DNA of 64,000 nt from the human T2T-CHM13v2.0 reference genome, Homo sapiens: the NCBI RefSeq assembly GCF_009914755.1, contig NC_060934.1, one strand, 5' to 3'. The position numbers and the translations under genes were made by a program. How positions within the stretch are numbered: position 1 is the stretch's first letter; each line of letters begins with the position of its first letter. The notes under the pieces are model-generated. The model saw only the letters and a list, made by a program, of their open reading frames with translations, was not told the origin of the DNA and did no database searches. Shown here piece after piece: positions 25,119-36,494 of this stretch.

Positions 25119-25447
25119 CCTCTTGCAGCCACAATTGCTGGTGTTTGTGGTGGAAGTGGAAACCACTTGGAATATCCAGATTACCTTTGCCTTGTATAAA
25201 GAAGTCCCCCCCGAATCCAAGTCAGTCCCTACCAACAAGACTGTATAGCAGAGACAGAACAACACCTAGATACCCGAACTATGGTGCTATCCTGAACTGC
25301 CACAACTCACATGAATTTTGCTGCTTCCATGGTGTTCTTCAGTGTACTTCTGCAGTCACTCTACTCAAAATATAATTATTTTTTGTTTCTGTCCGCTTTT
25401 GTGAGGATAGGGCAAGCACTAGGTAACTAGATCCAGCCATCTTGCTG
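25119..25447 (-). mobile_element. 5' terminus of the host L1M
   Basis: ccagccatcttg near 25434-25444 (caagatggctgg on -, L1 YY1 start motif), preceded on + by ctctactcaaaatataattattt. Confidence 0.7.
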
Positions 25448-26890
25448 ATTCTATGAAGGATTAGGTGTAACCACATTTTAAATGTATTATTTTCGCAAGG
25501 GCTCAAGGGCTCACACTCAGTGAATGACAGGATAAGGCTCATAACTTAGGTTCCCCAAACTTCTGCTTTCTATTCAAACATTGTGTCAATATAGCTACTT
25601 TCTGTTCATAAATGTGGTCAGAGAAATTGGTCTATAGGATAACCTCTGGAGAACTTTCACATCAATCTACTCTGCAACTTAAAATTGTGCCTTTAAATCA
25701 TATGCCTTTATGCTTTAAAATCATTTTAAAACGATTTTTGGTCAATACACATGTCTGCCTCAGCTCTGTAGTTGCACAAGTATCTTATAACTAGCTCTTA
25801 AAGAGCAAATGCTCCTTTCTCTTTTTAATTTCCTTGGCCATCAAATTTCAATGTTCTTTCTTGTGCATGAATAATCCATGAATGAACTTCACATGAGGCC
25901 TGACTCCTGACCCCATAGTGCTCCATGTTCATTCTGGAAGAAATGCTTGGTGAACGTTCTCCACCATTAATTTTGTGGCCTTACCTTTTTGCTTGGAAAA
26001 TATTATGTCCAACTCTTAACATTTCAAGTAAAAGAAGCAGCTCTGATTTTATCCTTGGTTAAAGTCTGGGGAGAGTGATTCGATAATACACATGTTAAAA
26101 ATCTTAGCTTTATTTTTCTTTACTCAGATAGAAACTATTTCTGTTTGGTTTAAGAGAAGGTTGAACCTTGCCCTCCAAAGGAAAAATAAACATATTATTT
26201 TGTTCTCCATTTTAATTGATTTTCAAAACCTAGGCTAAATAAAATCACAGAGAAAATGAGATAAAGTGTTCTCAGCAGCTGTATTGCAATACTGAAGTGT
26301 CTCTAATAGTTGCTGTTCTCAGAGCAGCTCATCACTTTCTATCAAAGGTTAAGAAATAATTGTTTGGGAACTGAATAAATGGATAAGAAACACAAGTAAA
26401 GGAGAACGAAACAAGATTGAAATGTCTAAATCCTATGTTGTTTCTAAAGGTTAGGAAAGAATGCATATTTTCTTTCTAAATGTCAATCTGAATGGCAGTG
26501 AACCTCGAATAACATTTGAATTTAATGTAGAACTTTTGAAAATGAAGCAATTGCCTAGCTAACTGCCTGTTTGCTTTGGGGTAAACTTCACGTTTGGCTA
26601 GCTGAAATATCATTTCCATTTGGAAGTATAAACATAATAGTTAGCTGTTATCAGAAAGGAAGAGAGGATCTTTATTTGTTAGATACCAATCAATCTGGGA
26701 TTGCTGAGGCTCAGCAGGCAGGATAATGAATGGAGCTACGCAGTTCATCTGACTGTTGCCTATTTAGGATTAGAATGGACCAGGCGTTGAACATTATTCT
26801 GGACATTCAGCATTTCCAAATCCCAACTCTGTTTTTTGCCTACAAAAAGAAATTCTTCTTTCAAGGTAAGTTTCAGAGAGAAGCTAAGTA

Positions 26891-27327
26891 CAACTGACCC
26901 TTGAAAAACATGGGTTTGAATTGCAAAGGTCTACTTACACTCAGATTTTCTTCCACCTCTGCCAGCCCTGAGATAGCAAGACTAACCCCTCCATTTCCTC
27001 CTCCTCCTCAGTCTACTCAACATGGAGACCACAGGTGAAGTCCTTTACGATGATCCATTTCCACTTAATAAATAGTAAATACATTTTCTCTTCCTTGTGA
27101 CTTTCTTAACATTTTTTTCTCTAGCCTACTTTATTATAAAACTACTATATATAATATATATAACATGTACAATATGTGTTAACTGGCTGTTCATGTTATT
27201 GGTAAGGCTTCCAACCAACTCTAGGCTATTAGTACTTAAATTCCTGGGGAGTCAAAAGCTATATATGGATTAAAAAATACAGAGAAGTCAGTCCCTGCTA
27301 ATTTCTGTGTTGTTTAAGGGACAACTG
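26891..27327. mobile_element. Tigger2a-like TcMar-Tigger DNA transposon (non-autonomous)
   Basis: TIRs caactgacccttgaaaaaca and tgttgtttaagggacaactg, TA on both sides, ~437 bp. Confidence 0.9.
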
Positions 27328-29475
27328 TATATTACATAATTCTTCACAGGCCATGCATAAGTGTGAAGAGTTTGATTAGCCTAGGAAGAGGACAATTGAC
27401 TGTAGGACAGTAACTGCCTGTTAATCCTAGGAATTAGTTAAATATTAACAGGGTTGTTTTTTTTTTTTTTTTTTCAAATTTTTTTTTTTTTTTTTACCTT
27501 GACCAAACTATCAACTGAAGGGATCTGGGCTTAGGATTATACAAATTGGGTCTGGAAAGTCAGTCATTAGGAACACTGGAGATCAGAGAGAGAAGTTTGA
27601 GGTCATAGCTGAAAGAACATGAAGGCAAACAGGCAGTATCCCAGTAGACAGAGGGAGGCAGAATATGGCAATTCCTTGTTCATTCTGACTGACCAATTAT
27701 TATTTCTGTGTACCATCTGTCTGAGTCATCACTAACCTCTCCATAAGGCCTGTCCAATTTTTTTTGTATTCTAGTGGAATTTACTGGTTTCTATTCTTTC
27801 CTATTAGTCTTTCTGAAAATTGTAGGCACTATCAGTAATGAAATTTCTGCTGGAACAACATTTCAAAGCTCATAGGCATATGGACATTGTTTTGACTCTT
27901 AATTGTTAAACAAGTTTGGAGGAGCATCCTTCCTTCTCCTTATCAGAAAATGATGGAACAGAACTGAATTCCCAAGGTCCTTTAGGGTTCTAACTTTCTG
28001 GAAATAGAATTGTTTAATATCTTAGAAAATCCAGGACATAAAAAACATTGATTTCAAAAGTCTATACACTTCTAGATAAGCAGCCTTTCTAATTAAAATG
28101 TAGAGCCAAAATGTTTAGTGGAATTGACTTATTTTGACATGATATTAACAAGTCTTCCCTTTAATCAGTGACTTTTTTCTACCTTAAATAATACTTTTTA
28201 CCAATAGTTTCCTCAATTCCCTTAGCTCTAAGAATTCCAAACAAGCTGTTCATAGTTTATGCATCTGGTATCAAATAAAAATTGGAAAGAGAGTTATAGG
28301 GAGTAAATGGCCTATAAAGTACATTGATATTAACGCTGTTCTCAAGAGCTAGTTATCTTTTAGTCTAATTGCCCTTTTAGCAAAAGAAGAGAAAGTATAC
28401 AGCCAATTTCAGACCCTATAAAGAAAACTAAACCCCATAGTTAAGTGCAGAATCTTTGGCCATATCCATGTAAAGATGCTAGAAGAAATAGCCACTTCAC
28501 ACTCCTCTACCTACTATAGAGTAAAAGTCTCCAAATTGCCTTAGGTCAGATCTTTCTAACTACAAATCCAGAGAAAAATGGGAGTCACATAATGAGGCAT
28601 TATGTTATTATGGTAAAACTTTGTAGTTAATTATCAAGACTACTTTATATATTCTTTATTAGATATGCATCAATGACGATGTATATTGCTGATAGACCTT
28701 CAAATGAATTCAGCACATTGTTCATCCTTATATCTTTTGATATTATCATTTCTCATCAATGCCCTATCTTTTCTATGTACTGATGCATTAATAACTTACC
28801 AAAGATGATTAAATTGTGTAATTTTCTTCTCTCCCTCTGAGTTCTCCTAATTCCATATCCCATTTTCTTCCCCAAGAGGAGAAAAATATTCTGGGGCTTA
28901 GTCTGATATGCTCTTTGAGACAGTTGGTTTTCCCAGTGTGCTTGTAAAAGGAAGGTGTCTGTGGATTCAGATTGGAATGGATAGCCTTGCAATTGATATT
29001 CTCCTCCTTGATATCAATTTTCTGTTGTCTAGTTTGTGCAACTCTGCTTGCCATGGTTACATTTTCAGCAAGTCTCTTGTCAAAAAGCTGTTGCTGGTCA
29101 TCTCCCCATAGTGAAGAAATGGTGCAGAGTAAAGATTAGGATTAGATTGGTTCTCTAATCTCCTAATTCCCCTGTTCCCTGGTATTCAAATTGACTTAGT
29201 GATCAAGGGTTTCTTTTGAGCCAGTGCTGGCAGACAGTCATCTACTGTTGGTTCCTCTTTGATTCTTGTAAAAAGTAAAACATGCCTGGATTCTGCCTGC
29301 CCATGAATGACACTCCTAAAGTTGCTGATTAGCTATAATTCAACAAATTTTTTGGAAAGAATTTGAAAGAATTTCTAGCAGATTACCTAGCTCTTGCTTG
29401 TCCTAGAATACTACTTTATGTTTTGATTGCTTGCCCAGTTACCAAAGTTCTCATGGCCTTTATCACTTTCATGAG

Positions 29476-29835
29476 TGCATTAGTCCATTCTCACACTGCT
29501 GATAAAAACATACCCAAGACTGGGTAATTTATAAAGAAAAGGAGGTTTAATGGTCTTACAGTTCTACATGGCTGGGGAGGCCTCACAATCGTGCCTGAAG
29601 GCAAAAGGTACTTCTTATATGGTGGTGGCAAGAAAGAATGAGAACCAAGCAAAAAGGATTTTCCCTGATAAAACCATCAGATTTCATGAGACTTATTCAC
29701 TACCATGTGAACAGTAAGGGGGAAACCACCCCAGTGGTTCTGTTATCTTTCCTGGGGTCCCTCCCACAACTGATGGGAATTATGGGAGCTACAATTCAAG
29801 ATGAGATTTGGGTGAAGACACAGCCAACCATATCA
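29476..29835 (-). mobile_element. THE1B/C-like solo LTR
   Basis: tgcattagtccattctcacactgctgataaa...cagccaaccatatca with exact 5-bp TSD ATGAG (29471-29475, 29836-29840). Confidence 0.95.
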
Positions 29836-30772
29836 ATGAGCTGGGCTGTCACCACACTACTTCTTAAGCTCAGTCCCTGGTAAATGTGATCCTAATGACA
29901 CAGGCATTTTACTTGGGGATATATCTCTGACTGAACAGACCCAGCAGACTGTTAAGATGAACAAGCCATTATAAAACCTTCAACTCTCAACTTGTAGTTG
30001 AGTTTTTTCCACATTTTGCTCAAATCTACCATCCAATAGTTGATACTGTTCAATCAGAAAACTAACGCAATGGGAAGAAAATTATTTCAATTAAAATACA
30101 AAACCTTATTCATCTAAAGGTTATAAAGCTGGATAGATAAATGCAGCAAGAAGACCCTACACTGACAATTTCAGGAGATCTGAGTCCTAGACCAGTACTG
30201 TCACCAATTAGGTTCACAAAAGTTCTTCAAAACAAAGAACTAAAGGCCCAAAGACTTAAGTTATTTGCCCCAAATCATATTGCAAGTGCTTTGACACTAC
30301 ATAAAACTAGCATGATGACCTGGAAAGAGCATACTTAAAGCTAATCAAAATCATAATCAGCCCATGTACTGTTCGGTCTACTTTCCCTAAGAGCAAAAGT
30401 AAATACTCCCCACACTTCACTTTTGACAACATGTCAAACAGCAGCTGCACCCATTTGGCTCCAGCTTCTGACAGTCAAGCTTTCTGCATTTTACAGCCTC
30501 CACTCAGTTACTTGAGTATGACACTGCCTCCTTCTTTCATCCCTCCAATCTAGGGTAGCTTCCTGATGCCCTGAATCTCTGGGCTGATTCATTGCCTTCT
30601 TTCTGTCTTTTTGCTACCTGTGTGATCCACTCCTTGTGTTGAGTAACCTGTTTTTGTTTTCCTAGTGGAACCATGCTTGATACACTAACTATGATTTTGA
30701 GAAAGTTACTCAAGATTATGGGTCAGTCTTTTTTTTCCCTCCTCACCTTACAAATGGAACTAAAATAGCTCC

Positions 30773-31134
30773 TGCAATGGACTGAATGTTTGTGTTCCTC
30801 CAAAATTCATTGTTGGAATCCTGATTCACAAGGTGATAGTATTAGGAGGTGGCACCTTTGAGGGATAATAAGGTCATGTGGGTGAAGTCTTCATGAATGA
30901 CGTTAGGGCCCTTATAGAAAGGAACCCAGAGAGCTCTTTTGATTTATTTCTGCCATGTGAGAATGCAATGATAAGTCAGCAGTCTGAAATCTGGAAGAAG
31001 GTCCTCACCAGAACTGGACCAAGCTGGAACTTTGATCTCAGACTTCCAGCCTGCAGGACTATGAGAAATAAATATCTGTTGTTTATAAGTCACCCAGTTT
31101 ATGGTATTTTTTTATAGCAGCCTGAACTAAGACA
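30773..31134 (+). mobile_element. MLT1A-like solo LTR, inside a MIR
   Basis: tgcaatggactgaatgtttgtgttcctccaaaattc...gtttataagtcacccagtttatggtattttt...gaactaagaca. Confidence 0.9.
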
Positions 31135-31999
31135 ACTGCCTATGTGCCTGCTGTAAAGATGAAAGATAACTCTCTGATATATAAATGGAACTTAAAAACA
31201 TATAACTGTTCTGTGGCTGGTAACTGTGTTGGTGTTAGTTTTGTTAGCTATATACACTCTTGTTAATGAGAATGAAAATTAAGACTCTTAACTCTCTAAG
31301 TAATGTGTTTTCCCCCTGCCACTCCACTGTTCAGTCCAAAGTAGCAAGACTTTTCTCTCAAACATTTTGTCATTTGAAAGCTCAGTGAAAAAATAATGCA
31401 GGAAAACAGGCTTGTTTATACTTTTCAACCAATGAAATCATCTATGGATCTTAAATATTTGAGAACATTTAGTTGTAAATAATTTGGTCTTGTAAGAAAC
31501 ATAACCTAATTCATGTATATGATGTTATGAAGAGGGAAAACCCCATAGATATCTGTCATGAGTGCGGAGGAATGTGGAATTCCATGGGAAGGACTAAAGA
31601 GTATCTTCTTTCTATTTCAATATTGGTTATATTTCTATATAACAGTATATTTACATATTGTATGGTGTTTTATAGATTTTTTTTTCCAGTCTGCTCTGTT
31701 TAATACTAACATGAAAAACTGTTGCTTTATTTCTCTGGAAGGATTTACTTTTTCCTGAAGGATTTTAAGTGCTTAAATGTCAGTATCTAAGGTGAGTAAA
31801 AAATCCAGGTCACATGGTGTCAAAATACCTATTGCTGAGCGTCCTAGGATAGCGTAACCCCTGCACATGACCAAGCTACTGGAAAACAACATCTTTCCAA
31901 CTGTGGTCTAAAATCACCTCCATTTTCCTGGTTAATTTGAGTAGATAGGCAAACTTTTCAGCAGAATGATAATGTAAAAAGGTCAAAGAAGTTAAAGCC

Positions 32000-32130
32000 A
32001 AGAAAGTCTGGATTCTAAAAGCTGTTGTGCCACTTCCTGGCCATGTGACTTTGTGCAATTCGCCTAATCTCCCTGGGCATCACTTTCCTCATTTGTTAAA
32101 AGGAGCCAATAATAGCTGCTGTAAGACCCA
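32000..32130 (+). mobile_element. MIR fragment
   Basis: gccacttcctggccatgtgactttgtgcaattcgcctaatctccctgggcatcactttcctcatttgt. Confidence 0.7.
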
Positions 32131-32412
32131 TGTAGTGGTGACAATGACATGTCCTAGGAATATAGAAAAAATAATAAACTTACCCTCTGAGAGTTAAGTA
32201 ATGAGAACAACTAGTAATTACATAAATGTTAAGATCCCAGGTTCTGAAAACTGAGAGAGCCGGATTCTTATCCTGACTCCTCTATATACTTGATGTTCGT
32301 GTGGAGGTTATGCAAATTCTTCAAGACTTTGTTTCCTTTATGTAAAACAGGGATGAACAAAAAGTACCTATCTCAAGGGTTTTTGTGAAAATTAATTTTT
32401 AAACAAAAATAT

Positions 32413-32493
32413 TTATGTTGGTACGAAAGTAATTGTGGTTTCTGCCATTACTTTTAAATGGCAAAAACCATAATTACTTTTGCACCAACCTAA
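32413..32493. mobile_element. MADE1 (Hsmar1 MITE), palindromic
   Basis: ttatgttggtacgaaagtaattgtggtttctgccatt-actttta-aatggcaaaaaccataattacttttgcaccaacctaa followed by TA. Confidence 0.93.
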
Positions 32494-33569
32494 TATTTCA
32501 TTCAAAATATTTTGTAACTATGATAAATGCCAAGTCATGTTGTAATTGTTTACAATAGAGATATTCAGGATTGACTGCCTTAAGGAGATTCCTGGCCAAC
32601 AAAATGTGAGAATAAACTGAAGATAGTATCATAGCAGAAGAAGGACTGTATCAACCATAAGGCTAGTAGATCATCATGGAAGGGATAAATATAGAAGTGA
32701 GTGACAAAGTAAAGCATTGGCAATATTCAAACTGGCCAGTGAGAGAGGATGCCCTTATCAGACTGAAGTTATTAGGTGGACTGCCTGTCAAGCCCATTAG
32801 AATCCAATGCCATTAATTATACAGTGCATATTATAGCTCTATTTTTCCTTTATTTAATTTTGATCACCAAGAACACTTTTGATACTACTTTGGCTTTTAT
32901 GTAACTAGCTTACAGGAGGACAGTCCTTGTTAAGCTGACATTATTGTTGATTCATGCAGAATATTGCATATCTCATGGAAAATTAGCTAACTTTCACTCT
33001 GGTTTGACATGTTGATTTGTTTTTGGTTTTGTTAGCATGAGCCAGCATCTCTGAATCTAAGCCACTCTAGTACTCCAATGAGGTTATCAGTAGAGGCAGC
33101 TAGACTTAAGAACCACCAGCATGAGTTACCTGGGCTCTGACACTTATTAACTCTTTAGCACTTGTCAGGTTAATAGAACTCTTATCATAAGTTGCTATAA
33201 AAATTAACTGCTTCAAAACACATAGCATAATACATAGTATTAATTATATGCTATTTAATAATAATAACACAATTATGATAAAAATACGTGAACTTTACAA
33301 AATAAAGATGGTCTCTGCATTGGGATGGGGGACATGACAATGTCTTTGGTGTATACCTTTCCTTTTTCTTAAGTTTTTTAAAAGAATACTCTACAGATAA
33401 GTAATAGGGTCACTGCCAAAACACAATATATGGTAAGCTTTTCATTCCCAAGCAGAAATGTCACTGTGCTGATCTTGTCCAACTTTCTCTTTAAATCAAC
33501 TCATTATTAATAATGCAAATTCATTTTTTAATTTATTAAGTTAGTCAATCCATCATCAAATATGTAATT

Positions 33570-34020
33570 CCTTCCATTTATTACTCAGTGAATACACATT
33601 AGATGAGAAAATATCCTAGAACACTGAGAATATAAAAATAACAATATAGTTCTCTTCTACTAGTCAATCTAGTAGAGGAGAAATAGGAAGTAAAACTTCT
33701 ACAAAATAGAAATATAAAAAGAAAATTATAGCACAGTAGAATATATAATGTACTGGAAGAATACATTTAGTATTGCTAAAAAATAAAAGGCAGGAATACA
33801 AAGTGACAGTCATACTGACGTTAAGGCTGAGTAGTGGGCAGCCATAGGAAGAATATTCCAGGGAATGTAAGTGGCATATAAGTAGGTAGAGAGTTCTAAA
33901 AGGGCCCTTTCTGTTTGGAGGGTAGAAAGATAGATGGTATAGTTTACATGCCATGCATGCTAGAAGTTGAACTTTTGCCCTCCCAGGTTGTGGTGTACCA
34001 AAAAATGCTTTAAAAATATC
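33570..34020 (+). mobile_element. L2 3' fragment
   Basis: ttccatttattactcag...tcctagaacactgagaatata...caatctagtagaggag pattern; orientation and limits approximate. Confidence 0.5.
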
Positions 34021-35279
34021 ATCTATATAACTTTCTTTCTTATATTGTATGTATGTTACAGCTGGTCTTGCAGAAGCATATGAAAGAGAAGAAACAGAGG
34101 TTTTGTTTTAGTTAAATTTTTCTTTTTATTTCTCAAATTGCAGTCATATTGATTATAAGGTGATATCCTTATTATCAACACTCTTTAAATAAATCAGAAC
34201 AGCCAAAATTACAATAACATAAGTATCTTAATCATAATTGTAACTTCCTACTCACTATCTTAGAATTTAATGTCATCTAAAATTTTTGTTTCAAACAAGA
34301 TGGGACAAATTGCAGTGAAAGATTATAAAAATGGCCAGGAAAAAGTCCATTGAATTTGTTATGGCCAATACAGTGGTGTCAGAAAAAAATGAATTATGTA
34401 TAAATTAATGAATCAGTTAACTAAAGAACAAATAACACTAGACATAATTTGTCTGGGTGATTTATATAATTTTAACATTTATACCCAAATTAGAAAATTA
34501 AGTACTTTTATGTCAATCTATTAGATGACTTTAGATAACACTGAAAAGATTCTCCAAGGATATCTTGTTACCATCATCTGCAAAAGCTACCCTATTGACT
34601 TCATTAATCTTGGCTTTCAACTCTTTACCACAAGAGATAAGTATACTATGTGAATTCAACAGGAATGATTGATTAGACTAGCACACTGGACAGGAAGACC
34701 TTGAATTGTAGTTGTGTATAGATTTCTTTTTCTCATATATAATTTCTAAACTATCGACCTACATTCTTTTGCCTGATTGACCTCTTTTGCCACACAAAGA
34801 ATAAGCCACTCACATATGTGATTTGGAAAACATCAGTAATACTCCAGGGACTTGGTTGTCACAATGACTGTTCTAATAATTAACCATTGTCAGATGGAGT
34901 GGAATTCAATTAAGTAAAGTAAATCTCCAGTGAAAATGTAAGAATGTCCAGGATCTAGAAAATTTATTTCAGAGATATTATAAAACTACAACTAGGAAGA
35001 AATAAAAGGCAAATGCTGGTTGTCAATGATAATATAGCAAGAGAAATATGCGTTTGATTTGAATTGTTTGGCTCTTTATATTTCTGAACAGTTTCACCTA
35101 ATGTGATTTCCAAAGGACCTAAAAGTAAAGAGAACTGAATGAAGATTTATCTGAATAGCATGTAGTATAAAAGGGAACCAATTACCAATGGGAAACTCTA
35201 ACTTTTTTACTAAAATCACAGGAAAATATACTAAGCCAGAATCCTGTAATAATATCATTTGAGGTCTTTATAGCACTGA

Positions 35280-36485
35280 GAGGAGGAGAAAATAATAAGC
35301 TCTCCTGGACAAGATCCACTGCAGAGACAAGGCAGAAGTTGGCTTTCTGTCATGGGCATAAAGTGAGAAGAATGCTGAGAGAATTCCACTTCCAAAGCTC
35401 AGGAAAACAGAGCATACTTGAGACCCAGGCTGGACCAGGACAAAATTGCCTCTGTTTCTCATCATCACTCTGGCAAGCATCAAGCAGCAAGCAATGTTTG
35501 CTTTCAGAGATGGCCAGAATCACAGAAAGACACTACCTCTGCAGCAGAAATGTATAGTAATAGCTGAAAGGTGAGGGCAGAGCACAAATGTTGGCAAAAA
35601 CTCTTCAGCATTCAGAACCCCCATAATAAACACCAGGCATCATCGAAGAAATGTGAAATTTGTGGTGAACTAAAGGTAAACAGAGCAACAAAAAAACTTG
35701 GCTGAATTACTGTTAAGATTAATTCAATCTTCCACACTCATTGACTGAGAAAAGACAAGTATATTTTTATACATAAATACTATATATCAGTTTCCTATAT
35801 ACTATACAGAAAGTTATAATGTCTGGAATTGAATCAAACTGAATAAAAAATTAAAAGACACAGAGAAAAAGCTATTTACAAAATGCAATAAAAAGGGCTC
35901 GATTCGAAGATGATGTATTTGAAACTATCAGACAGATACTTTAAAATAACCATGATCAATTTTTAAAGATCTAGTGGAAAAAGTACACAACATGCATGGA
36001 GACATGAATAATTTAATCATAGAAGTGGAACTAATAAAGTGAAAATTATATATATATCATATCAGATATAAAAATCTCATCAGTATATTATATATTATTA
36101 TAACTCATAAAAGATACAACACTTATATGTAATTATATCAGATATAAAAATTTCCTCAGTAGACTCAACGTAGCTGAGTGGAAAACAGTGAACTGGAAGA
36201 TAATCAATGGAAAGTACTTAATTTGAAACACCAGGAAAAATGAGATAGAGAAAGAGACAGGGAGATGGAAGAGAAAGAGAAGGTGAGACAGAGAGAGAGA
36301 GATAGGAGCAGAAGAAATTTTAAAAAGATAAGAGAAAGTAGAACAAATTAAATGGAAGAAAATAATAAAGGTAACAGCCAAAATCAATGCAGTGGAAAAC
36401 AAACTCTAAAGTACAGAAAATAAATATAAGATTAGGAGTAAAAGAAGGGATATAACTATCAATGTTATTGACATTATAATGAGTA
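35280..36485 (+). mobile_element. Very old L1M fragments (UTR/ORF1/ORF2), resuming near 41480-41630
   Basis: A-rich ORF1-like text (gaaactatcagacagatactttaaaataaccatgat); ORF2-like gaagggatataacta... continuing after the nested L1. Confidence 0.55.
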
Positions 36486-36494
36486 TATAGCTCA

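Noticed and set aside
28756-29111. Three overlapping ORFs in apparently unique DNA, with a minus-strand TTG|GTAAGT donor near 28799
   Set aside because: No recognisable domain, poly(A) or TSD, so a pseudogene or exon cannot be supported without a homology search.
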